From Bdellovibrionales bacterium (GTDB taxonomy: Bacteria > Bdellovibrionota > Bdellovibrionia > Bdellovibrionales > JAGQZY01), in assembly GCA_031426555.1 (NCBI GenBank), contig JANPLN010000067.1, forward strand, positions 1-64,000: DNA of 64,000 nt, in the 5' to 3' direction. Below the pieces are notes generated by a model that was not told where the DNA came from, did not search any database, and saw only the letters and a program-made list of their open reading frames with translations. The first letter of the stretch is position 1. Each line of letters begins with the position of its first letter. The position numbers were made by a program, and so were the translations under genes. Shown here one piece after another: positions 1-10,204 of this stretch.

Positions 1-59
1 GAGCTTGTTTTCGAGAGCACTTTTTCTAATGAACTTCTCAAGCTGGTGATGTTGAATAG

Positions 60-803
60 TTATTTACAAGCTTGCCAGAGCAAGTGATATTCCACTTTGC
101 TATCCACCGAAGCGTCTAACGAATCAATCGTCCCCATCACGTCTTCATTCTTTCCGTTGCTTATAGCCATAGCTCGAGTGTTGATTTGAAAGTTCATGGA
201 TTTTCCACAGCGCGACCAAACTGGTTCCGCAGAAATATCACTGGATAAAATATATTCCTCATCCAAGGGACCACAAAAGGTTTTTTTTCGACGAATCCTG
301 CGTCCCACTTGTTTTCCTGTGGCTGCATCTAAAAACGAATAAATGGCCAAATAGCTTGTGCGACCTTTGTGGTTAGGAATCGAATTGTAACCACGGTAAT
401 CCAACTTCACGACGGTAAACTGAAATCATGCCGGCACTACTAAAGGCATGCGCACACTGCAGGTTTTGACATCGCGTTTTTTTCCAGTGCTTCGGCCCGC
501 CTGCACGACGTAATTATCAAAAATCACCGAGAGAATTTTATTATCAGGCGATATGGCCACGCCCACAGTTCCATCGGGGCACCCATTGCCACCGAGGGAA
601 GGTCGATGCAACTTTACACCGTTAACTTTGGCAGAGTTTTTATTTTTAGGTTGTGCGCCAATGCCTGAATTAAAATTAGCAACGCTCTCATCCCCTTGAA
701 CAGCGGGATCCGAAGGATCCCACTCGTTGCCTGAAGTTTCTGATTGCGCCTGTCCTTGTCGCATCGTTATTACTAAAGCTAAAACAAAAAACATTCGCAT
801 CAT
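60..803 (-). pseudogene. DUF4360-family secreted protein interrupted by one in-frame TGA at 426-428
   Basis: ORFs 426..803 and 60..410 are in the same frame. Read-through gives VVPA*FQFTVVKLDYRGY, which aligns with VHVPQGLSLSVLKVDYRGY of the adjacent paralogue (stop falls at the Gly). Signal peptide and GNGCPDGT motif are present. Confidence 0.8.
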
Positions 804-833
804 TTGAAACCCCTCTTTTTATTCTCCAAAAAC

Positions 834-1436
834 CTAATTACACTTACGCCATTGTAGATGGTAACGCATTCCCGCCGCGATATCGGCGCTGTCTACAGTC
901 GCTAACACATCTTGGTTTTTTGCATTGGTTTTTGCCAACATCGACGTGTTGATTCGCAAGTTAACATCTTGTCCACAAGGCGACCAAACCGTTCCCACGA
1001 TGCCAATTTCGTTAGAAATTAAATACTCGCGATCAACCGGTCCCATAAAAGTTTTTGAACCCTTAGGTCCTGTGCTTGAACCGTTGATGCTTTTTAAAAA
1101 GTACTCAACAGTAAAGCGTGCCATGGCTCCTGATGGAACGTAGGTGTAACCTCTGTAGTCCACCTTCAAAACACTGAGGCTCAAACCCTGTGGCACGTGC
1201 ACTGGCACCGCCAAGTTACAAGTTTTGCGATCGATGGAAACTCCAGCGCCTTTTCCGGCCTGTGCTAAGAACGCATCAAAAATCACACTCAAAACTTTGT
1301 TGTCTGGTGAAATCGTTGTTCCCACTGTTCCCTGCGGACAGCCTGTTCCCCCATAGGCTGGCTCGCCAAGTGCAATGTCATCGGCTCGCGCCATTGTGCT
1401 TGCGATTGTAAAAATTAAAAATAGTACCTGTTTCAT
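834..1436 (-). CDS. DUF4360-family secreted protein
   Basis: Signal peptide MKQVLFLIFTIASTMARA, GTGCPQGT, DYRGY, WSPCG and C-terminal LQWRKC. GAGGGGG RBS precedes the ATG at 1436. Confidence 0.85.
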   Translation of the reverse strand: MKQVLFLIFTIASTMARADDIALGEPAYGGTGCPQGTVGTTISPDNKVLSVIFDAFLAQAGKGAGVSIDRKTCNLAVPVHVPQGLSLSVLKVDYRGYTYVPSGAMARFTVEYFLKSINGSSTGPKGSKTFMGPVDREYLISNEIGIVGTVWSPCGQDVNLRINTSMLAKTNAKNQDVLATVDSADIAAGMRYHLQWRKCN

Positions 1437-1741
1437 GAATCCCCCTCGATTCGTGGTCTGCTGAATGCACACCAACTTAGGTCTAGTCTTAAAAAGTTCG
1501 CGCGATAATGTCTAACAACTTAGCTATAAATAATTTCGATGGCGTCTATTAGGCTTATTGTTGTGTAGAGAAATTCTCACATTAAACAAGTGAGTTAGCT
1601 CTGTTTTATTTTGAGATTTAAGATCTTAAATCGTCACCAAAAGGTCGTTATCGTCACGCAAATGAAAAGTAAGTGATCGTAAAAGGGTTCAACAATTTCC
1701 CAAAAACTCATTAAACCAAGACTTTCATCCGAAGAAAAAGC

Positions 1742-2800
1742 ATGATTCGACAATGGTTTGTGCCGCTATTATGTCTTTTTCTCACAGGCTGCGGCGGCCC
1801 GTTCACGTCCATGAAGGCGCTCACAAACCAAAGCGCCTCGTCGGAAGAACCACTCCCAGATACGGGCGGCGGTGTTCCCGCGGGACCCGGTTTTAAACCA
1901 TCGATTTGTTCTGATTTATCATTTGAACAGGTGGAGTGGCCAAGTAATATCTCTGCAAAACAGCTCGATGCGTTCGCCTTAGCCATGAATATCACCGGAA
2001 GTTTCGAAGGGCACGATGGGTGGAGCAATATTGCCAACAACTTTGATGAACAGGGGTTGAGCCTCGGACTCTTTAATCAAAATTTGGGGCAAGGAACTTT
2101 ACAGCCCTTGATGATCGACTATCAACGATCCAGCAATAATAAAATGACTAGTCTGTTTTCAACCTCTCAACGCTCGTCTTTGACGACAATGTTAAACACG
2201 TGGCTCGAAGCCAATGGAGGAGTTCTCTCTAAGGCGAGTGTTCAAAGCCATGTACGAATAATTCCAGACGCCTCCCCTCTTGATAAAGACTTCGATTCGC
2301 ACATTTCACAAAAGGCGAGCAATGCTGTAAATCAGGAAAGCGTGGATTGGGCAGTGGCGCAGCTTTACACCGGCACGCAATTTAAACCAGAGTGGAAAAC
2401 AGCGCTGCAAAATCTTTCCGAAGATCCAAAGTACGTCACCCTGCAAATCGAAGAGGCCATCAATCTTCATAATAAAGCGATGGGTTATGTGAACAAGTAT
2501 CGATTTAAGACTCTGTACTCATATCTTTTCTTTTTTGATATCGTTGTGCAAAACGGGGGGATTTCTTCGTCCACAGAGTCGCAATACTCAACGTGGGAAA
2601 GCGCGAACAAAACGGCGTCGGAATCCACAAAGTTACTCCGACTTTTAGAGTACCGACTATTATTAGTGAACTCTCAATACGTCGCCGATGTTCGCAGTCG
2701 TAAAACATCCATCATCAAAGGCACTGGTACAGTGCACGGAGCGAGCCGAAATTACCCCATAGAGTATTGCTCTCCAACGTGGGGCTCTTCGATCTTTTAA
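1742..2800 (+). CDS. Lipoprotein with probable lysozyme/chitosanase-like glycoside hydrolase domain
   Basis: Lipobox LTGC. Motifs ITGSFEG..NFDEQGLSLG..N.GQGTLQPL and FDIVVQNGG resemble lysozyme-fold proteins (recognition only). Confidence 0.55.
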   Translation: MIRQWFVPLLCLFLTGCGGPFTSMKALTNQSASSEEPLPDTGGGVPAGPGFKPSICSDLSFEQVEWPSNISAKQLDAFALAMNITGSFEGHDGWSNIANNFDEQGLSLGLFNQNLGQGTLQPLMIDYQRSSNNKMTSLFSTSQRSSLTTMLNTWLEANGGVLSKASVQSHVRIIPDASPLDKDFDSHISQKASNAVNQESVDWAVAQLYTGTQFKPEWKTALQNLSEDPKYVTLQIEEAINLHNKAMGYVNKYRFKTLYSYLFFFDIVVQNGGISSSTESQYSTWESANKTASESTKLLRLLEYRLLLVNSQYVADVRSRKTSIIKGTGTVHGASRNYPIEYCSPTWGSSIF

Positions 2801-2801
2801 T

Positions 2802-3575
2802 TTATCCTAGTGCGACCATCAGCAACGCCAACGCCCAAAGATAATAGCTAAAATACGCCAGCGAGATCCTTTTAGTAAAAATAAAACTCAAGGCATGCAG
2901 AGCGAAGTATCCCACAACATAAGACACGACGACGCCTACAAGATAGAAGGGCATATCCTGCGACGATACAGTGGCATCACTGAGCTCCAGCAGGCAGGCG
3001 CCAAAAACGGCGGGAATGGAAATAGCAAAACTGTAAAAAGCGGCCACGGGACCCGAGCAGCCAAGGAGAAGAGCGGTAGCAATGGTTGAACCCGAGCGAC
3101 TCAATCCGGGTAAAACCGCTAAACCCTGCGCCACTCCGATAAAGAATGCCATTTTTAAATCAATTTGCGCCAAAACATTGGCTAAGCTCACCTCGTCGCG
3201 ACCTAACCTGGTGTTTTTCTTTTGCGCAAAAAACAGTGCCAAGCCAGAAATCGCAAAGAACAAAGCCACCAAGTACAAGCTCGTATTCTCGAAGTCGAAA
3301 TACTTTTTCATCAACAACCCGATAATCGCTGTTGGCACAGATGAAGCAATGCCCAACCAAATAAATTTCCAAGCAAACATTTTTAAAAGATCGCGATAAT
3401 AAAAGCAAAGAATCGACAACAACGTTCCCGCATGGAGGGTTACGTTAAAAACAAGCGATCCCCCTTCAAAACCTAAAAGCCGTTGCATCAAAACCAAGTG
3501 ACCATCGCTCGAAATGGGCAAGAATTCTGAAATACCCTGAACGATTCCCAACACAATAGCTTGTAGTAAATCCAT
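2802..3575 (-). CDS. uppP: Undecaprenyl-diphosphate phosphatase (BacA/UppP)
   Basis: GIVQGISEFLPISSDGH and PGLSRSGSTI motifs; multi-pass membrane protein. Confidence 0.95.
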   Translation of the reverse strand: MDLLQAIVLGIVQGISEFLPISSDGHLVLMQRLLGFEGGSLVFNVTLHAGTLLSILCFYYRDLLKMFAWKFIWLGIASSVPTAIIGLLMKKYFDFENTSLYLVALFFAISGLALFFAQKKNTRLGRDEVSLANVLAQIDLKMAFFIGVAQGLAVLPGLSRSGSTIATALLLGCSGPVAAFYSFAISIPAVFGACLLELSDATVSSQDMPFYLVGVVVSYVVGYFALHALSFIFTKRISLAYFSYYLWALALLMVALG

Positions 3576-3585
3576 GATGTTCTCC

Positions 3586-4725
3586 CTATGGCAGAAGAAT
3601 ACGTCGATTTTTATTTAAATGCACGGAAATCGAACCCTGGCGAGAGGGCATGGACCATTGGATTTTGTAAATTCCTGTTGGCAAACCTCTTTGCAAAAAA
3701 GGTGTATATTGCTTTTTGATAAGAACCAGTTTTTCGTTTTGCTTTTTATACAAGCTAATCTGCGCCCAGCGAAAACTCCTCACTTCCAAATGAAATGTGT
3801 TTAAACTTCCTTCGAACTGAGTGGCGGGATGAAGCGCGTGGGAATAAAGCATCATAAAAATACCAACAAAGGCTGCAACAAACGGCGCCACAGAACGCGT
3901 TGGGACACTTTTCGGGGGAGCCTCGGCCAGCATTGTCGTTTGAACGCTTTCTTTTTTACTATTTTTCAGTTCGATAATGGTCTTAGCAAGCTCATCGCAC
4001 TGCTTGGCTGCCGACGCCAGCGGCAAAAAGCGTCTTTCCGCACTGTCTGCGCAAACTAGCGAATTCGTGTCTTTTAAAGACTCCATTCTTTGTTGGGCCT
4101 CAGCACGGGTGTAGACACGGTCGCCGCTTTCCAATTCTTGTTTAATTATTCCAAGGGAAAATAAGTCGGATTGAGCGGTTTGTTCGTTTTGTTCCCAGGC
4201 TTCGGGCGACAAATAGGCCAATGTGCCAGCAGTGGCTTTTTTTTGTAAACTAAAACCAAAGTCCAAAAGCTTCACCACGCCTTGTTTGGTGATAAAAATA
4301 TTTTTGGGGCTTAAATCCCCGTGCTTTAGATTATTCTTTTGTAAATCTTTGAGCCCGGATTGCACCTGCGCCACAATTTCATCGATCAAACTTTGCGAAA
4401 AGCGAATTCTTCGCAAACACTCATCGAGTGTGATCCCATCTAAATACTCCAGCACCAAAACCGGCGTTTTTTGCGTATCGATCCAACCGTAGAATTTCAC
4501 ACAATGAGGAGAGTCCACCCGACCCAATGCGTGCACCTCTTGTGCGAATGTTGGGACTAAATCTTTAGACTTAAGAATTTTAAGGGCCACCGTTTGTTCA
4601 ACGCCCCATTCGCGGTGCTTTTTAATACCTTTATAAACACAACTAGTTAAACCTTCCCCCAAAAGCTCCACGAGGTTGTAGTTGTTGATTTTGGCGTACT
4701 TTTTTCGACTCATACCTAGGCTCAT
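3586..4725 (-). CDS. Hanks-type Ser/Thr protein kinase with C-terminal TM helix and extracytoplasmic domain
   Basis: LGEG, VALK, HGDLSPKNI, DFG and GTLAYLSPE motifs; hydrophobic segment VAPFVAAFVGIFMML. Confidence 0.9.
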   Translation of the reverse strand: MSLGMSRKKYAKINNYNLVELLGEGLTSCVYKGIKKHREWGVEQTVALKILKSKDLVPTFAQEVHALGRVDSPHCVKFYGWIDTQKTPVLVLEYLDGITLDECLRRIRFSQSLIDEIVAQVQSGLKDLQKNNLKHGDLSPKNIFITKQGVVKLLDFGFSLQKKATAGTLAYLSPEAWEQNEQTAQSDLFSLGIIKQELESGDRVYTRAEAQQRMESLKDTNSLVCADSAERRFLPLASAAKQCDELAKTIIELKNSKKESVQTTMLAEAPPKSVPTRSVAPFVAAFVGIFMMLYSHALHPATQFEGSLNTFHLEVRSFRWAQISLYKKQNEKLVLIKKQYTPFLQRGLPTGIYKIQWSMPSRQGSISVHLNKNRRILLP

Positions 4726-5164
4726 TTACAAATTCTTTGCCAATATCGGAACTTTTTATCACCTCCGCTAAAGAGCTACTGGCCGCTGTTTTGTAGTGGT
4801 GATCCAAATAATATTTTTGGACCTCCTCCCGGCACCGACCCGCAGTGATGTATTTAAAGATTTTTTTGTGGGGCAACGGAGGATCGTGCTCTAGGGAGCT
4901 CAGACAACGACGGTTTAAAAAAACCAACAGCGGGCCTCGGGCCACGTTTGTCGCGGGTGTTTTATGGAGCCACTCGAAACAAGAGCTTGGGATCCAGCTT
5001 TGCTTTATTTCGATGTCACATCTTTCCTTCAAGATACGTTCTTGCAGACCCTCCTGGTGAATGTTTTCGATTTGTGCCGAGGTTTTGGCCTTCATTAAAG
5101 CACTTGTATCGCTATCTGCATCGGCACCAACTAGGGCAATCACGGTGAAGAGTACTGACATCAT
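4643..5164 (-). CDS. Hypothetical Cys-containing exported protein
   Basis: The ATG at 5164 overlaps the upstream stop (ATGA). Hydrophobic N-terminus MMSVLFTVIALVGA. The 3' end overlaps the kinase start. Confidence 0.6.
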   Translation of the reverse strand: MMSVLFTVIALVGADADSDTSALMKAKTSAQIENIHQEGLQERILKERCDIEIKQSWIPSSCFEWLHKTPATNVARGPLLVFLNRRCLSSLEHDPPLPHKKIFKYITAGRCREEVQKYYLDHHYKTAASSSLAEVIKSSDIGKEFVNEPRYESKKVRQNQQLQPRGAFGGRFN

Positions 5165-5592
5165 CTCGCCACCTCCGTCAGCAATTGCGCAAGAAGCGGA
5201 CCCAACAGAATCACCATCAGGGCTGGGAACTGCAAAAACAAAAGCGGGATCATAAGTTTGTAGGGCAATGTTGCAAGGTGTTGTTCCAATTGCTCTTCGC
5301 ACACAAAACGCAATTCCAATTCCAATTCGCGCACGGGAACGATCAGACTCACGCCCTGCTGTGATAGCATCAACAAATCCCAAATGGCTTTTTGATAACT
5401 GCTTTTAAAGGCGGGTTCTGCAAGCACGAGCTCGCCGAACTCTTGCAAACGCAACCAGTGCTTCAGCATGAGACAGAATTCGTTTTGAAACTGCGTTGTG
5501 TACTTTTTCACTGCCGAGCGCGCCGTCCCGCCAGATTCGAGTTCGTAAAGTAAATCCAGGGTAAATTGGTAAGGCGGTGCTAAATGTTCCAT
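5161..5592 (-). CDS. Short TadC/T2SS-F-like membrane protein
   Basis: C-terminal KLMIPLLFLQFPALMVILLGP is typical of TadC/GspF; follows the tadB-like gene. Confidence 0.6.
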   Translation of the reverse strand: MEHLAPPYQFTLDLLYELESGGTARSAVKKYTTQFQNEFCLMLKHWLRLQEFGELVLAEPAFKSSYQKAIWDLLMLSQQGVSLIVPVRELELELRFVCEEQLEQHLATLPYKLMIPLLFLQFPALMVILLGPLLAQLLTEVAR

Positions 5593-6326
5593 CGGATGCG
5601 CCTTCCTATGCTGAGGACAGTGATCATTCCCGCCAAATAAAATGCCAACGACAGTGTCACCAAGCCTTTGTAGTCCTTGAGCGAGAACATAAAATAGTTG
5701 ATTGCAAAGATCCCTGCATAGATCAGCGACATTAAAATGATCTGTAATTTGATTTGTCCGCGAATTCGCCCCGACCTACGTCGGAACTTTTCGACAATCA
5801 TTAACCTCCTGCGAAAATTTTCTACTTTTTCAATGGTTTTGTGTGTTGAACCGTCAATTTTTGCAATTTCGGCGCAAATTTCTGCATACCAAACCCCTTT
5901 TGGCGCACTTTCTGCGGTCATTTCTTGTTGTGAAAAAGCAACATGCTCGTAAATCGACTGCAAAATCATCCTGGGTCGGCGTTTTGCTTGTTGAATCGCG
6001 GCTCGCAGTGCTTGGCGAAAACTTTGTCCCAACTTCATGTGCAAAATGATCGACGTGAGAACCGCAGGAAACTCTTTACTGAATTGAGTTTGCTGGTTTT
6101 TAAAATATAAAAAACGAATTCCAAAAACACTGATCACCGAAAAATAAATCAGCATCCAATTGAGCAAAAAGTTTGGAAAAAAAACGATGTGCACACCATG
6201 AAATACAAAAAAGGCGATGCCAATTTTTGTCATTCGGTGATCTTGAACAAAATTTTGTCGTAAAAAGATTCGCAATACAGAAAATCCGATACAAACACCG
6301 AACATTTTTAAAAAAAGAGCGAACAT
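5580..6326 (-). CDS. TadB/T2SS-F-like membrane protein
   Basis: FSKEFPAVLTSIILHMKLGQSFRQAL and R..GQIKLQ followed by two TM helices. GGAGG lies 6 nt before the ATG at 6326. Confidence 0.65.
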   Translation of the reverse strand: MFALFLKMFGVCIGFSVLRIFLRQNFVQDHRMTKIGIAFFVFHGVHIVFFPNFLLNWMLIYFSVISVFGIRFLYFKNQQTQFSKEFPAVLTSIILHMKLGQSFRQALRAAIQQAKRRPRMILQSIYEHVAFSQQEMTAESAPKGVWYAEICAEIAKIDGSTHKTIEKVENFRRRLMIVEKFRRRSGRIRGQIKLQIILMSLIYAGIFAINYFMFSLKDYKGLVTLSLAFYLAGMITVLSIGRRIRWNI

Positions 6327-6390
6327 CAACATCCTCCAGTGATAAAAACAGACATACATTCAAAAAAAATGCTAAAGCTAAAATTTTTTA

Positions 6391-6418
6391 TTGACGATAA
6401 GGTATGCATGAGTAAACT
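6391..6418 (+). promoter_or_regulatory. Putative sigma70 promoter for the small Lys-rich ORF
   Basis: TTGACG-N16-TAAACT preceded by an A/T-rich tract. Confidence 0.5.
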
Positions 6419-6470
6419 GAAAGCATCAGTGAACAACAAACAACAACTGATATGCATCTAAGGAGGCAAC

Positions 6471-6539
6471 ATGGCTAAGAAGAAAAAAGCAAAAAAGAAA
6501 ACTGCTAAGAAAAAAACTGCTAAAAAGAAAAAGAAGTAG
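6471..6539 (+). CDS. 22-aa lysine-rich peptide MAKKKKAKKKTAKKKTAKKKKK (not in ORF track)
   Basis: AGGAGG at 6461-6466, ATG at 6471, TAG at 6537-6539; flanked by promoter-like boxes and an intrinsic terminator. Confidence 0.8.
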   Translation: MAKKKKAKKKTAKKKTAKKKKK

Positions 6540-6570
6540 TTTCTAGTAGTTTGATTTCTACATAGAAATC

Positions 6571-6601
6571 AAAAAGCCCCTCTCTGAGGGGCTTTTTTTT
6601 T
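6571..6601. terminator. Bidirectional intrinsic terminator between the small ORF and icd
   Basis: AAAAAGCCCCTC-TCT-GAGGGGCTTTTTTTTT; a second inverted repeat TTTGATTTCTA/TAGAAATCAAA lies at 6550-6573. Confidence 0.9.
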
Positions 6602-6662
6602 GCCTAAAGCCCAACCTATGGGCCAGTAATGTGTCAACGCGGGCCGAGCCCGCATCAACAAC

Positions 6663-7886
6663 CTAAGACAATGCTTTTCGTAAATTTTCGTTGATGGCTT
6701 CCAAAAACGGCACAGTGTTCATGTATTTGTCGGCTGTGACCTTATCGCCGTGGATACAAACTGCTAAATCTTTTGTCATCTTTCCAGATTCCACCGTTTG
6801 AATACAAACCTTCTCCAGAGTTTGGCAAAATTGGATGAGCTCACCATTGTCATCAAGCTTACCTCGATGTTCTAGGCCACGAGTCCATGCAAAGATAGAG
6901 GCGATGGGGTTGGTGGAGGTTTCTTTGCCCTGCTGGTGCATGCGGTAGTGGCGAGTCACCGTTCCGTGGGCGGCCTCGGACTCCATTGTCTTTCCATCCG
7001 GGGTCACTAACACCGACGTCATTAACCCTAAGGATCCAAAACCCTGGGCCACGGTGTCTGATTGCACATCGCCGTCGTAGTTTTTGCAGGCCCATACATA
7101 ACCACCAGACCACTTCATCGCCGAGGCAACCATGTCGTCGATCAAACGATGTTCGTAGGTGAGTTTTTCGGCTTCGAACTTGGTTTTGAATTCTTTTTCG
7201 TAAATTTCTTGGAAAACATCCTTAAAGCGGCCGTCATACTTTTTAAGAATTGTGTTCTTGGTCGATAAATATAGTGGCCATTTTTTTTGCAGAGCAACAT
7301 TAAAGCACGAACGAGCAAAGCCGCGAATGGATTCATCCGTATTGTACATCGCCAGCGCCACCCCATCGCCTTTAAAATTAAAAACCTCGAAGGATTGCTT
7401 TTCTCCCACTTCGGGCTCGAAGGTGATGGTGAGCTTACCTTTACCCTTGGTTAAAAAGTCCGTAGCTCTGTACTGATCGCCAAACGCGTGTCGGCCGATG
7501 CAAATCGGTTGGGTCCAATGGGGAACCAAACGAGGAATGTTATTTATAATGATGGGTTCACGAAAAACGGTCCCATCTAATATATTGCGAATGGTTCCGT
7601 TGGGCGACTTCCACATTTGCTTAAGATCGAATTCTTTGACCCGTGCTTCGTCGGGGGTGATCGTTGCACATTTAATGCCCACATTGTACTTCTTGATGGC
7701 TTCCGCCGCCTCAACTGTGACCTTATCTTCGGTTTTGTCGCGGTATTCGACTCCGAGGTCAAAATACTTAATATCTAGGTCGAGATAGGGAAGGATGAGC
7801 TTTTCACGGATAAAATGCCAAATGATTCTTGTCATCTCATCGCCATCTAACTCGACAACAGGATTTGCAACTTTGATTTTTTTCAT
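6663..7886 (-). CDS. icd: NADP-dependent isocitrate dehydrogenase
   Basis: [32 protein letters not shown] and [10 protein letters not shown] motifs. Confidence 0.98.
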   Translation of the reverse strand: MKKIKVANPVVELDGDEMTRIIWHFIREKLILPYLDLDIKYFDLGVEYRDKTEDKVTVEAAEAIKKYNVGIKCATITPDEARVKEFDLKQMWKSPNGTIRNILDGTVFREPIIINNIPRLVPHWTQPICIGRHAFGDQYRATDFLTKGKGKLTITFEPEVGEKQSFEVFNFKGDGVALAMYNTDESIRGFARSCFNVALQKKWPLYLSTKNTILKKYDGRFKDVFQEIYEKEFKTKFEAEKLTYEHRLIDDMVASAMKWSGGYVWACKNYDGDVQSDTVAQGFGSLGLMTSVLVTPDGKTMESEAAHGTVTRHYRMHQQGKETSTNPIASIFAWTRGLEHRGKLDDNGELIQFCQTLEKVCIQTVESGKMTKDLAVCIHGDKVTADKYMNTVPFLEAINENLRKALS

Positions 7887-8074
7887 TCACGACCTCTTTT
7901 TAGTGTTGAAGGGCCCAATATATTCACTCGCTGGCAGGTTGTCGACGAATGGCCCTATGAGCGGAGCGTTAATTAACCAGCGCCCGCCCCGCTCCTGGTT
8001 TGTCATTCACAATACTTCTTGGACGGACTCTGAAAATATGAGAAGTATAAGTGCAAAAAAAAGAAGGAGTTTCT

Positions 8075-9019
8075 ATGAAACACACGCGAAAAAAACTCTC
8101 GGTGATTGGTGCTGGATTTGTCGGGTCTACTTGTGCGCATTGGGCAGCTACAAAGGAACTTGGCGATGTGGTCTTACTGGATATTAATGAAGGTGCTGCA
8201 AAAGGTAAGGCGTTGGATCTTTACGAGGCTTCACCGGTGGAAGGTTTTGATTCTGTCGTTAAAGGAACTCAAGATTATAAAGATATCGCTGATTCGGATG
8301 TGGTGATCGTTACAGCTGGTCTGCCACGCAAGCCTGGCATGAGCCGCGATGATCTTTTGGCGACCAACGCAAAAATTATGAAAACCGCCTGCGAAGGCAT
8401 AAAACAATACGCTCCCAACTCTATTGTTATCGTGGTGAGCAATCCCCTCGACGCCATGGCATTGGTTGCAAAAGAAATCACTGGCTTCCCCCGCAACCGC
8501 ATCTTGGGTATGGCTGGCGTTCTCGATGGGGCCCGCTTCCGTACGTTCATTTCTGAAGCCACGGGCATCAGCGTGAAAGACGTGAATGCGTTCGTTCTTG
8601 GTGGCCACGGCGACTCTATGGTGCCAATGACTCGTCATTGCTCCGTGGGCGGAGTTCCACTGACAGAAATGCTGCCTAAAGAAAAAATCGATGCTCTGGT
8701 TGAGCGCACTCGCAAAGGTGGCGCTGAGATCGTTGAGCTGCTTAAGACGGGTTCGGCGTACTACGCTCCGTCGGCCAGCGCTGTGCAAATGGCTGAAGCG
8801 ATTTTAAAAAATCAAAACCGTATTCTTCCTTGCGCTGTTTACCTCGATGGCGAGTACGACATAAAAGGTCTGTTCATCGGCGTGCTTTGCCAGTTAGGTG
8901 GCAACGGCCTGGAAAAAGTGATCGAATTGAAACTCAATTACGAAGAAAAGGCCGGGCTTGAGAATTCTAAAAAGCACGTTCTTGATCTTGTCGAAGCTCT
9001 TAAAAAGTTAGACTACTAA
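8075..9019 (+). CDS. mdh: Malate dehydrogenase (LDH-like)
   Basis: [26 protein letters not shown] and GGHGD motifs; AAGGAG RBS before the ATG at 8075. Confidence 0.97.
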   Translation: MKHTRKKLSVIGAGFVGSTCAHWAATKELGDVVLLDINEGAAKGKALDLYEASPVEGFDSVVKGTQDYKDIADSDVVIVTAGLPRKPGMSRDDLLATNAKIMKTACEGIKQYAPNSIVIVVSNPLDAMALVAKEITGFPRNRILGMAGVLDGARFRTFISEATGISVKDVNAFVLGGHGDSMVPMTRHCSVGGVPLTEMLPKEKIDALVERTRKGGAEIVELLKTGSAYYAPSASAVQMAEAILKNQNRILPCAVYLDGEYDIKGLFIGVLCQLGGNGLEKVIELKLNYEEKAGLENSKKHVLDLVEALKKLDY

Positions 9020-9034
9020 TAGAAAGGTCTGCGA

Positions 9035-10204
9035 ATGAATATTCATGAGTACCAGGCGAAAGAAATTTTTCGCCAATACAATATCCCGGTTTTAAAAGGT
9101 AAACTCGCCCATACGAGCGATGAGGCTGTGGCCAATGCCAAAGCCCTCGGCGGCTCTGTTTGGGTTGTAAAAGCCCAAATTCACGCCGGCGGACGTGGAA
9201 AAGGCGGCGGTGTGAAGGTTGCAAAATCTTTGGACGACGTTAAAAAGTTAGCGGACTCCATCATCGGCATGCAACTTGTCACTCCTCAGACGGGCCCTGA
9301 GGGCAAAAAAGTTAACAAAATTTACATCGAAGAAGGCTGTCAAATTGCCAAGGAATACTACGCGGCAATCTTTTTAGACAGAAACGCAGGACGTGTGGGT
9401 ATCATGGCCAGCGCCGAAGGCGGAATGGACATCGAAGAGGTGGCCGAAAAGCACCCCGAAAAAATCCACAATATCACTATCGATCCCTCCAGTGGAATTT
9501 TAGACTTTGAAGCCAGAAATCTGGCTTTCAATTTAGGAATGACTGGCAAAACAGCTTTGAAAGCGGCAGATTTTTTCAAAAAACTGTATCAGGTTTACAT
9601 GGACCTGGATTGCGCCATGATCGAAATCAATCCGCTGGTGGTCACGCAAACGGGCGATGTGGTGGCTCTCGATGCAAAAGTTGGTTTTGACGACAATGCC
9701 ATGTACCGCCATCCAAAACTTGCCGAACTTAAAGACGAGGCCGAGGAAGATCCTGCGGAGCTCGAAGCACAGAAGTACGAACTTGCGTTTATTAAGCTGG
9801 ACGGAAACATCGGCTGTCTCGTGAACGGCGCTGGCCTGGCAATGTCCACCATGGACATCATTAAGTTGCACGGTGGAACACCGGCCAACTTTTTAGATGT
9901 GGGCGGTGGCGCCAACAAAGAAAAAGTAACTGCTGCTTTTAAAATTATTCTTAAAGATCCCAACGTAAAAGGGATTTTGGTAAATATTTTTGGTGGAATC
10001 ATGAAGTGCGATATCATCGCCGAAGGGGTTATCGCCGCTTCGAAAGATGTGGGCTTAAAAGTTCCTCTCGTGGTTCGTCTCGAAGGAACTAATGTGGAGC
10101 TTGGCAAAAAGATTCTTGCCGAGAGTGGGCTTAACATTATCCCAGCCAACGATCTTACCGATGCCGCCAAAAAAATTATCACTGCTGTTAAGGGAGGTCA
10201 CTAA
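9035..10204 (+). CDS. sucC: Succinyl-CoA synthetase beta subunit
   Basis: [25 protein letters not shown] and NFLDVGGGA motifs. Confidence 0.98.
   Translation: MNIHEYQAKEIFRQYNIPVLKGKLAHTSDEAVANAKALGGSVWVVKAQIHAGGRGKGGGVKVAKSLDDVKKLADSIIGMQLVTPQTGPEGKKVNKIYIEEGCQIAKEYYAAIFLDRNAGRVGIMASAEGGMDIEEVAEKHPEKIHNITIDPSSGILDFEARNLAFNLGMTGKTALKAADFFKKLYQVYMDLDCAMIEINPLVVTQTGDVVALDAKVGFDDNAMYRHPKLAELKDEAEEDPAELEAQKYELAFIKLDGNIGCLVNGAGLAMSTMDIIKLHGGTPANFLDVGGGANKEKVTAAFKIILKDPNVKGILVNIFGGIMKCDIIAEGVIAASKDVGLKVPLVVRLEGTNVELGKKILAESGLNIIPANDLTDAAKKIITAVKGGH

Noticed and set aside
426..428. Genome-wide TGA recoding (Gly as in code 25, Trp or Sec) suggested by the in-frame TGA at a Gly position
   Set aside because: TGA is a genuine stop elsewhere, with ATGA overlaps at 5161-5164, 26154-26157, 55878-55881 and 59042-59045, and no other gene appears interrupted by TGA.
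8231..10182. Long antisense ORFs (8231..8788, 9595..10182) and similar ones opposite priA, pyrH and panB
   Set aside because: They lie opposite well-conserved genes and have no RBS or recognisable motifs.
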